Assembly (NCBI RefSeq): GCF_009834535.1
Contig: NC_045696.1
Location: forward strand, 80,974,001 to 81,038,000
Direction: 5' to 3'
Length of the DNA stretch: 64,000 nt
From: Camelus ferus
Taxonomy: Eukaryota
Shown here: piece after piece, positions 12,259 through 25,552 of the stretch
Position numbering within the stretch: position 1 is the first letter of the stretch
How the letters are laid out: the number at the start of each line of letters is the position of its first letter
Notes under the pieces: generated by a model
Database searches by the model: none
The model's input: only the letters and a program-made list of their open reading frames with translations
Told to the model about the DNA's origin: nothing
Made by a program: the position numbers and the translations under genes

Positions 12259-15214
12259 TACAGCATAGACACCAGGAGGCAGGGGGTCACTGGAGTCATC
12301 CTGGAAATTCGCTACCACATACATTGGCCATTATACTCGGGGTTGGTTTTTTTGTTGTTTGTTTGTTTGTTTGTTTCTGATTTCTTGTTTTCCCAGGTAG
12401 ATGCTCGGCTTTGTCTGTCCTTTTCATAAGTTGATTGTGGGATAACTCTGCTACCCAGAAGCATCACCTTCCTGTGCTTGCAAAAATCCCAAAGCCTTTT
12501 ATGTTCATACTCACACTGAGTTCTATTATAAGAATTATCAGATGGCTGTCAAATGCTGTTTATAAAAGGAAAATCATGATAGATTTCCAACACCTGGAAA
12601 AGAAGCCCACTGTATTCAGGAGACTGAATTTCAAATAAGCCATGGTAATCTTTTGTTCACTTAAGCCAGCCTGTTGTTGTGAGTGGTATGGTCTGTTTCA
12701 CCTGCTTTAACCTGTTTAAATGTGTTTGTAAATAACATTTATATTAGTAAGCTACATGGCCTCTTTTTGAAGTCAAAAGAGGTATAAAAGGGAGAAGTGT
12801 CCTCTTTGACACTTTTATAGGTCAGAGAAAGCAAATGCGATGGTCTCTAAAAGGAATGTTTTATTGCAGACGGAAAATGGCCATTATAACAACTCAGACT
12901 TTATACTGTGTGAAATGTTTAAATGATAAGTTTTCTTTCTGTTCCTGCTACTCTGTGACCTTCAAGTTTTTCACACATGAAGGCATGGATGCACATCAAA
13001 TAAAAGATTGAGGATCATGAATTATAGCAATACAATGGGGGAACCAAATGCTCATTTTTCATTAGTAAAAAGAAAAAGCAAAAAGAAATTTATCCCTGCC
13101 ATTTTTTATTTATTGAAGCAAAAATGCCGTTCAGCACAAATACAGCCATTGCCATCCAACGTGAGATTACAGATGAGCACTGAGAGTCCAAAGGAAAAGC
13201 AAGCCCCTCAGCCTTGAGAGTTTCTCCCATCACGTGGGCCAGAGAAATAAATTACTGAACCGTACTTGCGTTTGTATGGTTACCACAAATGAGAGCTTCC
13301 ACGCAGAAGCCAATTACGACAGTTTAATTTTTGTCTTGGCCACACCTTTTATTTTGAGATGCCCAGAGCATTTGAGGGCCTCCAAGAACCCTTGGTTCCT
13401 AGGCTATGATAAGCACATCATGGCCATTAACAGCCTTCTGTGGGAAACCTGTCTCCGGTGCAGATTATTTATGTGATAACTCTGCTACCCAGGAGATATA
13501 CGTTACCTTCCTGCGTGTGCAAAAATCCCAAGTGGGTGCTCAGCCTGCATGTAACTGGAGGCAGACGCAAACCAGGGGACCATGCCCTTCCCCCATGGCA
13601 CCGAAACCAGTAAACTTCAAGAAAACTAATCAATTTTTTTTTGTCTTGCTTGATCTCTCTGGAGATTGGTAGTTAGGAGTGGAAATTTGGAGAAATCAAA
13701 GATAGATAATACTAACTGAACATCTATCATAGGCCAAGCTTCTGAGTTTACTGTTGAAAGTAGGACTTGTGCTAAGGAATACATGTTAATCAGTGAACAT
13801 GCCCTGAAAATTGTAAAGCGCCATATAAATATAAAGCATGCACCTAGGGCCAGAAATAGATTCAGGATGATTTCAGGATTACTGCCCTGGGCTTAGCAAG
13901 TCCAGACAGCATGCACCAGACTCAAGTACCCTGAATTTTCTCTGATAAATGTATCTCCTCCACTTGACAGCGAGGAGTCCAGGCCAGGAAGAAGTCTGGG
14001 CCTCAGAGGATACAGGGTGTATGGGTGGGTATTTTCTCCATGGACTGTGCTGCTCCTTCATCCACCACTTCAGGGCCCTCATTCCTCCGAGCCTGCCGGG
14101 GACACGTAACAGATATTGACCAGATTAGCCACAGAAGGGCCATATGATACCATCAAAAATTCCACCCTTCTCCAAACAGCTTCAGGTATTTCCAAGTATG
14201 ATCTCAGAATAGAGGCTCACGGCAGATGAGAGCAGGTGTCTATGGAGCAGAGAACTGAGAGATTAAATGATACGGGTAAGGTCCAAACAATGGGCAGAGA
14301 GAAAAGAACAGACTTCCCAGATGTTTAGAGCTGAGTTAAGCCCCCACCTCCCCACGAGGCTGAGGGAGTGAGCCCAGCTGAAGCAGCCCACTCGCCACCG
14401 TTCTGTGCCCCCTCCTGCTCTCCCGCACTATCAGGCTACAAGTGACACTGACTGCAGCCTGGGTTTAAATGCTTCATTGACCTTTCCTGACTGTCTCCAT
14501 TCCGTTTCGCAAAATCCCAATCATGTGTTTGATTCTTGACTCTTATCCTAAATATATTTGGGGAATGTAAAACGCATATATAGTTGTAATTCTGAAGGAA
14601 AACATAAATCTAAAACAGTCTTTTGACAAAGGCAGTATTGTTTAAAGGTTAAGAGAATGGACCTTGGAATCGAATCCCAGCTTGTCGGTATTTTACTGGG
14701 CATCTTTGGGCAAATGGCACAATCAGTCTAACCTCAGTCTCTTTTCCTACACAAGTCTTTATTGAGCACCTGCTATGTCTGAAGCCCTGTGCTATGCTTG
14801 AACGAGACTACTATGGGAAACCTGCCAAGGAAGTAGACAAGAACTGAACAATAAGATTATTGAGTTGCCTTTGAGTTAACAACACAATGAGTGTTAGATC
14901 TGGAGGGGATTTTTGAGAAGCTTTAAAAAAAAAATCTAATGCCCTAATTTTATACTTCCTCATTCTCTACCTGTCATCTACCAATCCTTTGGTTGCTCCC
15001 ACTCAAACTACAGAGATTTTTCATATGTTTTTTTACTGTTAACTGGGGTCATCTCATTGTCCAGATGACCTCCATCACCTTGACCTCTCACTATCTTGAC
15101 CCCTACTCCAGTGCTTGTGAAGTTCACGTTTATTCCACCTTAGTCGCCCCTACAATGACTCATAGATCTGGTCTGAGTGATTTTTAGTTTTTTAAACTAT
15201 GCACATTTTTATAA

Positions 15215-15810
15215 TCATTTCTTCATCAAATATTTAATGTGGGTCTACATGTCCTGGGCACTATTCTGAGTCCTAAGCATATAGTGGTGAACAAAACAGA
15301 CCAGCCCTTGTTCACAGAGAAAAAGGAGACAGACAATAAGGAAGTAAAAGAAGGAAAAAAATTCAGATGGTATAAAGTCCTACAAGAAAGATGGTGGTGG
15401 TACGGTAGGAGTAATGGATCTGCAAGTCCTGGAAGAGAGTGGTGTTAGGGTGACTGAGGAGGGTCTCCCTAAGGAAGTGGCATTTTAGAGACATCTGACT
15501 GGTAAGGAGTCAGCCGTGCAAAAACGTGTTTGGAAATGTTGCAGGCAGTAGGAACAGCAAGTCTAAGGCCGTGAGGTCAGGGTGACTCTGGGGTGATCGA
15601 GGAACAAGCCAGAGGGCCAGTGTAGCTCAAGATGAATGAGGAGATGATGGGAAATGACATCAGAGTGACAAGCAAGGGCAGGCCAGGTAGGTTTTTTTAA
15701 AGCCTCAGTTAGGAGTTTGAGTTTTATTCTAATTGTTAAGAAGCCATTGGAAGTTTCTAAGCAGTGGGCTGCCTTGAGTGATCTGTATGGACGTTGCGTT
15801 TGGTGAAGCA
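15215..15810 (-). mobile_element. L2 fragment
   Basis: Antisense L2 motifs: aaatattta...tacatgtcctgggcactattct and aagccattggaagtttctaagcag. Confidence 0.8.
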
Positions 15811-15821
15811 CTAGCTGAAGG

Positions 15822-15982
15822 CAGCACACTGGAGTCACATGGCAAGCTTTAAAACTTACTAATACCGGGCCCCACCTCCAGAACTTCCAATTTCATTGAC
15901 CTGGGGTATGGCTTGGGCGTCTGGATTTTTTAAATCTCCCTCCATGATGTTAATATATAGGAATGTTTGGAAATTAATGGCT
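15822..15982. mobile_element. MER5-like hAT fragment
   Basis: Contains ccgggccccacctccaga...ctggggtatggcttgggcgtctggattttttaaatctccc. Confidence 0.6.
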
Positions 15983-16373
15983 TAAAAGAAAAAGAGGGAA
16001 AATCAAAATCCTCAAAATTCTCCTTAATCTCATAGCTAATAGGAATAAAGAAATCCTATTCCTCAAGAATGGAGAGAAACCACTATAAAGGCTTGTACAA
16101 AACTTTTCTATTCAGCTTGAAGATTGTAAAATATTAGGGAGGAAAGGGAATTTAATTCTCACAACAGCAGAACACAAGCTAGACTTCACCCTGCAACAGG
16201 GGTGATCTAGCTGCAAAGTATTAGAGAAGCAGATTGTTCTGACCAGGAAGACAGATAAAGTGGGGAATGTAAGAGTAGTCTTTTGGGGCCAAAGGAGACA
16301 TAAAAGTAGATATTTTTGAGTAAAAGGGAATTTCAAAGCTACTAAGAAGGTAATTAGCACTTTTCCCTTAAAA

Positions 16374-18330
16374 TATAGTTTATGTGCCAGATTTAGCACA
16401 TAAAAATACAGGACCCCCCCCCCCAGTTAAATTTTGGATAATGATAAATATTTTATTTTATAACACTTTTATTGATATGTGATTCACACACAAGTCATCC
16501 ACTTAGAGTGCACAATTGCATGGTTTTTAGTAACCTCACAGGTACGTGCAATTATCATCATGGTCAGTTTTAGAATACTTCCATCACCTCCAGCAGAAAA
16601 CCTGTATCTTTTAGCAATCACCTCTCAAAATCTAACCCCCACCTCAGACCTAGGCATTACTAACCTCCTTTTTCTATATCTATAGATATGCCTTTTCTGA
16701 ATATTTCATACAAATGGAATCATATAATATGTAGTCTTTTATGACTGACTCCTTTTAGCATGTTTTTGAGGTTCATCTGTGTTGTAGCATGTTATCAGTA
16801 CTTAATTCATTTTTATGGTTGAATAATATTCCATTGGATGGATGTAGCACATTTTGTTCATCCATTCATCAGTTGATGGACATTCAGGTTGTTTACATCA
16901 TTTAGCTATTATGAATAAGGCTGCTATGAACATTTGTCTACAAGTTTTTGTGTGGACCTATGTTTTCTTCAGTACGTACCTAGAAGGGAAATTGCTGGGT
17001 CACAGGGTAACTCTAAATTTCACTTTCTGGGGAACTGCCAGACTGATTCCCAAAGTGGCTATGCCATTTTACATTTCTGTCAGCATGAATGGGGGTTCCA
17101 TGTCCTCACCAGCACTGGTTACTGTCTGATGTTTTAATTATAGCCATCCTAGTATGTGGGAAGTAACATCTCATTGGGGCTTTCATTTTCATTGTCCTGA
17201 TAACTAGTCATGTTAAGAATATTTTCACATGCTCTTTGGCCATTTGCATATTTTCTTTGGAGAAATGTCTGTTCAGATCTTTTGCCCTTTTTTTTTTTTT
17301 TTTTTTTACTGGTTTGTCATTTTATTATTGAGCTATTATAAGAGGTCTTTATTTACTCCACACAGAAGTTCCTTGTTAGGTATACTATTTGCAAATATTT
17401 TCTCTTATTCTGTGGTTTGTCTTTTCACTTTCTTCATAGTGTCCTTTGTAGCACAGAACTTTTAATTTTGATGAAGACCAGTTTATCTTTTAGTTTTTGT
17501 TGCTCGTGCTTTTGGTGACATATCTGATAATCTATTGCTAAATCCGAGGTCACAAAGATTTACCCTAATGTTTTTTCTAAAAGTTTTAAAGTCTGGCTTT
17601 TTTATTTAGGTCTTTGATCAATTTAGAGTTAATTTTTGTGTATCGTATGAAGTAAGAGTCCAACTTCACTGTTTGGCACTTGACTATACTGTTCTCAGCA
17701 CCATTTGTTGAAAAGACTATTCTTTCCACATTGAATGGTCTTTGGAACCTTGTTGAAAATTAATTACCAAGATATACGGGTTTATTTATTGCCTTTCAAT
17801 TCTATTTTGTTAATCTATATGTCTATCTATGCCTACACTACAGTGTTTTTTATTACCATTGCTTTGTAGTAGGGTTTGAAGTTGTGAAGTGTGCATTCTC
17901 CAGTTTGTTCTGCTTTTCCAAGATTGTTTTGGCTGTTCGGGGACCCTTACGTTTCCATATCAATTTTAGGGTCAGCTTGTCAATTCCCTGCAAAGAACCA
18001 GCTGGTATTCTGATACAGATTGCACTGAATCTGCAGATCAATTTGGAGGGTATTGCAATCTTAACAATATTATGCCTTCGGATCTGTGAACAAAGGGTGT
18101 CTTCCCATTTATTTAGATGATCTTTCATTTCTTTTGGTAGTGTTGTATAGTTTCCAGAGCTTCAGTTTTGTATTTCTTTTGTTAAATTTAACAACAAATA
18201 CTACTTTAATATAAATATTTCTCATGCATACTTATTCTCAAGTATGGGACAACTTACACTAAAAAATTATACCTTATTTATCTGAAATTCAAATTTAACT
18301 AATCGTTCTGTATTTTATCTGGCGACCCTA
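16374..18330. mobile_element. MER53-like hAT MITE split by an L1 (arms about 16374-16450 and 18190-18330)
   Basis: The left arm is gccagatttagcacataaaaatacagga...cagttaaattt and the right arm is aaatttaact...ctgtattttatctggcgacccta. The 8-bp direct repeat ccttaaaa lies at 16366-16373 and 18331-18338. Confidence 0.8.
16451..18190 (-). mobile_element. L1 (L1MB-like), 3' about 1.7 kb including ORF2 remnant
   Basis: The minus-strand ORF 17853-18128 (KDHLNKWEDTLCSQIRRHNIVKIAI...KLTLKLIWKRKGPRTAKTIL) is L1 ORF2-like. L1 3' UTR motifs lie toward 16451. Confidence 0.92.
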
Positions 18331-18596
18331 CCTTAAAAGTGATCACAATGTAGAATGCAGCATATGAGCCCAGAGCTGTGAAGGGCATCCAAGTATCCAG
18401 AGACTGGAAGAGAAACAAAGATAATTAGATCCACATAAAAGCAAATATTTAGCTCATAGGAGGTTAATAACAGTTAATTAGCATAATCTATTTTGTCCCT
18501 AAAAGTTGTTCTACTTTAAACTTTACTCTGAACTATCATGTTGCTTTGAGGAAGAAAGTAAACATTTTGAAAATAAGTCCCATTAATCTGAGCATC

Positions 18597-19015
18597 TATA
18601 TCAGTAACCTATCATCACAATAATGCTGCTCAACAGCTTCAAAATCCAGGGGCTTTAAACAACGATCCCTTCCACTTGCTTGCATGTCTGTGGGTTGGCT
18701 GGGGGTCGGCTGATCTAGGTTGCGCTCACATCCACCTCTCCTTCAAGTATCTGTCTTCCTCCTCCTCCCTGGGCTGGCCGCAACATTTTCTTCTCATGAC
18801 AATGGCAGAAGCACGAGAGGAAAGCACGACTGAAAACACATATGCCTCCTAAGGTTTAGGCTGGAGCTGGCGCATGGTCACTCTGCCCACGTTGCATCGG
18901 CCACATGTTTAAATTCAACACCCACACTTGTAGTGGGAGGAGCTGCAAAGTCACAAGGCCAAGGGTGAGGCTCCAGAGCTACACAAGCTAGAGCCAGTAA
19001 GGCAGTGTCCTGACA
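18597..19015 (-). mobile_element. MaLR LTR (MLT1-type)
   Basis: Contains tatcagtaacctatcatcacaataatgctg...ggctttaaacaac...ggttggctgggggtcggctgatctagg. Confidence 0.75.
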
Positions 19016-20584
19016 CAGGTAACAGGATGCTGCTTCCTGAACTTACAGTATGTCTCACCAGGGCAGTTCTATCTGCTCTTCCCTCACGTTTACCAATAGC
19101 ACCCTGGACACACTTGTATTTCTTTCTTTATCCGTCTGCACTGCTTTCTTCCCATGACAAACAAGCACATCCAGTGACCTTTCCTCCTCACATCCTGGCT
19201 TTCCTCAACAGTAAGATTTCTGGAACTCACAGTGACTTCCACCTCTTAAATTTATCACTTGGCTGAGTGAAACAAGTGTGTGCAGCTCGTGAAAGACATC
19301 TGCCCTGCCCCAAGGGAAATAAAAGCCTTCAGCTTTTCTTTGGGGGGGAATTCCCTGATTTAAATACTTCTGAATATGTTGTTTTGTCATTTTAAAGATT
19401 ATGGCTTTGTTGAGACTTTGACATATTTTCCTGGGTCAGGATATGTATTTCATTCCTTTGTTTTTTCCAGGGACTTAATCTGGTTCTGGTCGTGTTTTCC
19501 TGACTAAGAATCAGGCGCACAGGCTGACAAAGGGAGGGACAACAGGAAGGACTGTTAAAACTGGCAATTACTGCATTTGACACATTGCCTATTATTGAGA
19601 ATTTGTATTCTTCACATTTCCCCTCACAGGGTATTAAATCTTGATTAAACCCAAGGACCTCTGACTGTCTTCCATAAATAGGGAAAATTCTATAGAGTCC
19701 TAGGTAACGCTTTTATATGCAAAACGAGTTGCTAGCTTATCATGCTAATTGTTTTAGTGTTTATCCCCCTAAGTCCTAACTGCTCCTTCCAGATATGCAC
19801 TAAATTTTCCTACCAGCCTACGACACTCTGGGTGATAAGCAATGTATTTTTTTATGAGGTTCCACTTCCACATACATTGCATCACCTCTAAAGGAAATTT
19901 ATCTCAGGATCTCAGGTCAGAAACATCCAAGGAAAAAATGTAAATAAACAGAGGTCAGTGTCACTATTTCTGGGTATCTAGGACACAATCCAATCCTACA
20001 AAAATGATGAGATTCACTCTGGGCCGGGCCCCACTCTCAGTCCTTTGCATATACCGTATGTGCATGTGCTGTTGCCTCTCAGGATACTGATGAGAAAATT
20101 GACCAGCCAAGTCCTTAGATAAGTTGACAGAGCTTGGATTTGGACTCAGATGCATCTGATCCCATCATTTAACTTTTGAAAGGGCTCCTTGACTACTGTC
20201 TTCACAACGAGGAGGGGTTACAAGGGGACCCCCAACTTCAGATGTATTTCCAAAGGCTGCATCTGCTGTGTACTGTATTGACCCAGCAAGAGGAAATTCC
20301 TAAGGGACTATCTTTGATTCCTTCTAATCCATCAAAGCAAATCCTGAATTATTTCCCCATATTTCTCCTGCGTTTCTGTAAGAATGTGGTTCCAAGAGTC
20401 CCTTGGTTCCTGCATATACATATGGCGCCCAGGACCCAGATGCCTTCCCTTTGGGCATCTCCAAGTTGTCTATCCTAATTTTTCTCCCCAATATACAGAG
20501 TGTACATAGTCATTCTCTTCCACAAATTTTACTCACTGCCCTGAGTAGTAATGAAAGTTTCTTGCTTAAAAGGATGACTTTTAT

Positions 20585-21068
20585 GTGAATATTCATAGCA
20601 GCAATATTCATAATAGCAAAAAATGGGAAACAACCCAAATGTCCATCAGCTGGTGAACAAATAAAATGTGGTCTACCAATACAATGGAACGCTACTCAGC
20701 AATAAGAAGAAACGAAATGCTGATAACCTTGGCTAAACCTCAAAAACATTATACTAAGTGAAGGAAGCCAGCCACAAAAGATCATGTGTTGTATGATTCC
20801 ATTTACATGGAATGCGCAGAAAAGGCAATTTATGGAGACAGAAAACAAACTGGTGACTGCTTGGGGCTGGGGGTGGGGGGGAGGGAAAGGAAGGGAGATT
20901 AAGTGTAAAAGAGGTAGGAGGGATCTTGTAGTGATAAAAATATTCTAAAACTGCATTATGGGGATGGCTGTACAACCCAGTAAATTTACTAAAAATTAAT
21001 GAATTGTATGTTTAAAATCAGTTAGTTTTCCAGTATGTAAATTATACTTGAATAAAGTTGTTAAAAAT
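20585..21068 (+). mobile_element. L1 (L1MB-like) 3' end
   Basis: Contains tattcatagcagcaatattcataatagc...aaacaacccaaatgtccatca...tgtatgattccattta...aataaagttgtt. Confidence 0.88.
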
Positions 21069-21294
21069 AATCAATTCATAGAGAACATTTTCAGTCACAT
21101 AAAAAAAGTGGTCAAATTCTTTGCGAAGTAAGCTCCTGAGAGATGAATTTCTTCATCTGTACAATGAAGATAGAAATTCTATCTCAAAGATAATTGCCTG
21201 AATATCAAATGAGATATTAAAGTGAAAGAGCTTTGAAAACTGGAAAATAGTTACTAACCATTTGACTGAGCAGTGGATAGAAATTATTTCATTC

Positions 21295-21313
21295 TCTCCT
21301 CTAGGTGGTGCTA
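21295..21313 (+). promoter_or_regulatory. Candidate CTCF binding site
   Basis: TCTCCTCTAGGTGGTGCTA fits the CTCF core pattern CCnnnAGRTGGYGCTA. Confidence 0.45.
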
Positions 21314-23992
21314 GAATCTAAAAATGAGCATGGCACTGGAAAATGCAGCTGCTTGATGCAAAATTACCTTTCTCTACGAGGTCACATCCCTAAATGAAGT
21401 TTTTAGTCCAATCGTCCTTGAGTCCAGAGCCTTCTCCTGGATTAATTTTAGGATAACAGACATCCAGTTTTAGTGCCAGCCTTCTAACCTCTCACAAATT
21501 GTCAATTGCATATTCCATGTTGTATAGTCCCCTCTTTGTCCTGGGGAATTATCCCTCTGATTAAACCAGTTACCTTCCACTTCTTTCCATCTTCATGGAA
21601 ACTTTAGTTTCCATCATGATTGTGTACTTCTCTTCCATTGCATTTCCTATACTCTCAAGTATAGTCCTTTTAGTGTTTAGTTTAATTGAGAATGAGTGTC
21701 AATCCATCAAACCACTTGTCTCAAAAATAAACCTAAGCCTAGCAAACAGCCACATCAATGAAGAAACGCCAGTGAAGGGCCCCAGCCTGCTGGCTCCACG
21801 TGTTGGTTGAAGGAACAGCTGATAGGCTGTTGCTACTGAGTGCCGTGAATCTTTATACCTAAGAAAATTAATGCTTCAAAAGTTATAAGAAGAGCTTCTG
21901 TATCATATTCAGGACATCCATCTGAGCTCAGGCCCCTATCTCTTTTTCTCTCTTTCAAAAGAAAAAGAGGGTTTATAGATTATATTTTTGCTCTTCATCT
22001 GACAGTTTTTAAAAGCATTTGGTTCAAGTAGCAGAGTCAAGAGCCCAGAATGCAAGGTTCGTGGGCCCTGCGGTGCAGCAAGGACACTCAGCGCCCTTCT
22101 CTGAGCCCCTGAGCTCCTGCACGACCACTTAGCTTACTTCCAAAGGGCACCAGGGCTGGTCTCTCAAGGGAGTGTGAAAGCTGAAGCTTGTGCCCCATGA
22201 CGTGTCTTGCAAAAGAGAGAATTCAGAAGCAGCACGAGAACAGGAGCTGTGCAAACAGACAGCTCAGGGTTGACAATTCTTCACCAGTGAAAATACTCAC
22301 CCACAAGGGGAAGGGTTTGAAAAACAGCTCGTTCCTCCTGGAGCCAGCTCTCAGGTGGAAACAAATCAGCTTTTAAAACACAATACCATAAAAGCTTTAA
22401 AACATAGTATTTAAGCAGCTTGGAAATAGCCTACGAGAAATTAATGCAAAATCAATTCAGGCACACAATTTACATCTGCTGCGTTACCCAGAATGGCTCC
22501 TTCTCTAACTGGAAATCTATGGACCTAATTCTGGGATGACTGGAAGGAGTTTTATGTCTTCTGGGATGTAACTGCACAATCTGTCACCGGGAGGGAAAAT
22601 CTGTAACCCTTTAGAGCCAGCAGAAGCTGGGGCCCTATTGTTAGAAAATTCACATTTAAAATCAACACCCAACGAAGTGAATGCTGTTCACAGGTGTAGG
22701 CCTTGAATCCCAGCCCTGTGCCTGAACCTGCGGTCTTTCCACACTCAGCAGGCTTTGTCTTTCCTAAATACATTCCTAGCAAACAATGAGCTGCTCCTGC
22801 TTTGATGGTTGACAGTGAGCGCCCAGAAGAGACACAGCCAAGCCCATCGCTGCGCTGAGGCTGGAACCTGGCTTCTCTCGGAATCCGTGGGCAAAGCCAG
22901 GGCCAGCTGTGGGCCCTCCTGGAGAAGAACTCCCATCCCGCCCCTTGGCAGGCTGCTGATTTAGCTCATCAAAACCGTTGTAAGTTAATTACGCACAAAG
23001 CACCTTTAAAGTTCCAAGTTATAAAATTAATTATAATGAAGAACACCGTGAAGGAACATCAGAGGAGGAGGAGGGAGACGGGGAAAGGGTGGTCTTGGGA
23101 AGTCACCAGAGTTTCAAAAAAATGGAGTTTCAAGGAAGAGAAAGCTGGAGAGAGTGTCACATGCCACAGAGAAGACAGGCAAATAAGGACTCTCCGTGCC
23201 CATGGGGCCTGGCCTTTCGGAAGTCACTGTTCACCTGCGGGAGCATTTCTCGGCATGGGAGGGGAAGCCAAGGGTTGAGTGGATGAAGATGAACAGACAA
23301 GAGGTGTCGGCCTTGCTGCCTCCTCCTTTGAAGGGAAATGGGAGGTGCTTGCCAGGTGGAGGTGTTAAATAGGAGAGAGATTTTTTCATATTGCAAAGAC
23401 TATCTTATAAGATTGCATGCCTGTTATCAGTGCTGAAATCACAGCCTAGGCACTCTGATCTTGCCATCCTTTGAATGGCTCAAGGTAGGGTTTCAATAAA
23501 TATTTGTGGAAGGAAGACTTCACTCTCAGAACTGCTTATATGCAGGTTGATGAAAGCAGAATTAAAAAAAAAATCATATTGAAAGATTTCTATTCCTTTG
23601 TTTTTTAAGGTTCTGTACTTCTTAATTGTGTGACCTTGGATAAGTAACAACTTCTCTGGACCTCAGTTTCCTCAAGTATGAAAGTATTAAAGTGCATGGC
23701 TCATGTATAAGAATGCATGGCTCAGAGTGGGCAGACTATACGGGTTCTTGTTATTATTATTACTCTCATCATAATTATTGTCATCCTGGGAGCAAAGAGA
23801 GACATCTGTGCTACGTATCCAAAGGACTCACAGAATAAGCTTGCATGGTGGGAGAGGTTTGAAAAACAGCTCTTGCCTCCTAAAGCCCTCCCTTGGTAGA
23901 AACAAAATTGCTTTTAAAATACAATACCATAGAAGGTCTTTTTAAAAATACCAAATGCAATTCCCAAAAAAGTTCTGAAGAAATAGAAAAGT

Positions 23993-24198
23993 CAACACCA
24001 AGAATAAATCCTAATGTAAAGTATGGACTTTGGGTGATTATGACGTGTCAGCGTAGATGCATCCATTGTAACAAGTGCACCTCTCTGGTGGGGGTGTAGA
24101 TAATGTGTAGGGGCAGGGGGGCTAGGGGAAATCTTTGTACCTTCCACTCAAGTTTGCTGTGAATCTAAAACTTCTCTGAAAGAATAGTATTTTAAAAA
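23993..24198 (+). mobile_element. L1MC-like 3' end
   Basis: Contains cctaatgtaaagtatggactttgggtgattatgacgtgtca...aaatctttgtaccttccactcaagtttgctgtgaa. Confidence 0.8.
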
Positions 24199-24559
24199 GT
24201 CTGACAGCAATGCCCTGTCTAATTGTGTTTTTAGAAGGGAACCACTGCATCATGCCAGGAGGCTGGCGGCCCAGCTGTGCCAGGGCAGCTGTGACTCTGG
24301 GGGGCGGGCGCGGGGGCCACAGCCTCTGTGCTCTATGAAAGGCAGCCGGAGGGAGGGACTAGGCTGGGCACGAGCCCAGGCCCGGACTCTGACAGCACCC
24401 AGTGAGATCTAGTCTATTGATCTTCCTGCACAGTTAGGGGAAGTCTCCAGGCTGAGCTCCTGTTACAGTCTTGCCCATGACCTTGATGAGGTGAACTGAG
24501 GGGTTTCTTAGAAAACATGCTGAAATGGGACAGAGTAGCAATCTTATACAGGTAACCAT

Positions 24560-24795
24560 GGCAGAGGCAGTGGTGCTGAGAGGTTACTGCCCTGCCTTGG
24601 TAATCGGACAGGCCTGAGCTGGTATCTTGGCCTCATCACGTGGCTGTCTGACCTGAGGCAAGTTACGTACTTCTGACCCTCAACTCCTCATGTGTCAAAT
24701 GGGAATAACATTAGGGCAGGACTCAAAGGGCTGATGTGAGGCTCTGGGGAGACAGTGTGTATATGAGGCACTTAACAGTGCTTGGTGAGCAATGG
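24560..24795 (+). mobile_element. MIR SINE
   Basis: Contains gacctgaggcaagttacg...ctcatgtgtcaaatgggaataac...gcacttaacagtgcttgg. Confidence 0.7.
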
Positions 24796-25338
24796 CTGTT
24801 GTTTTGCTTGCTTGTTTGTTTACTTTAATAGTGAATCTAACCCTTACCACTCTCTGCTTTTGTCCTTCATAAAAAAAAAAAAAAAAAAAAAAAACCCACA
24901 CATTTCTACGTTTTCCTTCCAATTCCTGATGTTGCATTGGCTTCTAGGGAAGGTTTTCTAGTGGAGATTTCTTCCCTGTTCTTGCAAAGACCCAGGATTG
25001 GATTGGGGAGGGGTTAGTGATAAAATTGTTTTTCTTCTTTCTAAAGGTCAGAACCTAAGTTCATGTTTCTCTTATTGGTTTCTCTCTGACTCATCCTAGT
25101 GCCTAAAGCAAATTTTGTATTTCCTGTCTCATTTTCTTTGTCTGAGAAATGGGCTTTATTTAATCATTTTCTCTCTCTGCCTTTCAGCACAACCTTACTG
25201 TTTTGGGACATTCTATAAACTGCATTAGAATGTTTTGCTTCCAATTTCCTCTTTCAGGAGTGTTTTAGATTCCTATCCAGCCATAAGAAATGGGGGAAGT
25301 CTTTCTCCAGAGGTTCATCGGAGAATAATACCATAAAG

Positions 25339-25552
25339 CCGTGGTTCTCAACTCAGGGTGATTTTGCCCTCAGGGGGCGTTTGGCAATGTCTGGAGACTT
25401 TTTGGCAGTCACAGCTGGGGACCCCGTTTGCTACAGGATCCTGCAGCAGAGGCAAAGGGTGCTGCTAAACATTCTACGACGCACAGGAGAGCCTCCCAGG
25501 CAAAGGGTCATCTGGCCCAAATGCCACGAGTGCCAAACTTGAGAAACCCCTG
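25339..25552 (+). mobile_element. MER20 (hAT-Charlie), near full length
   Basis: Runs from ccgtggttctcaac...gattttgccctcagggggcgtttggcaatgtctggagac to ttgagaaacccctg. It is flanked by cataaag at 25332-25338 and 25553-25559. Confidence 0.92.
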
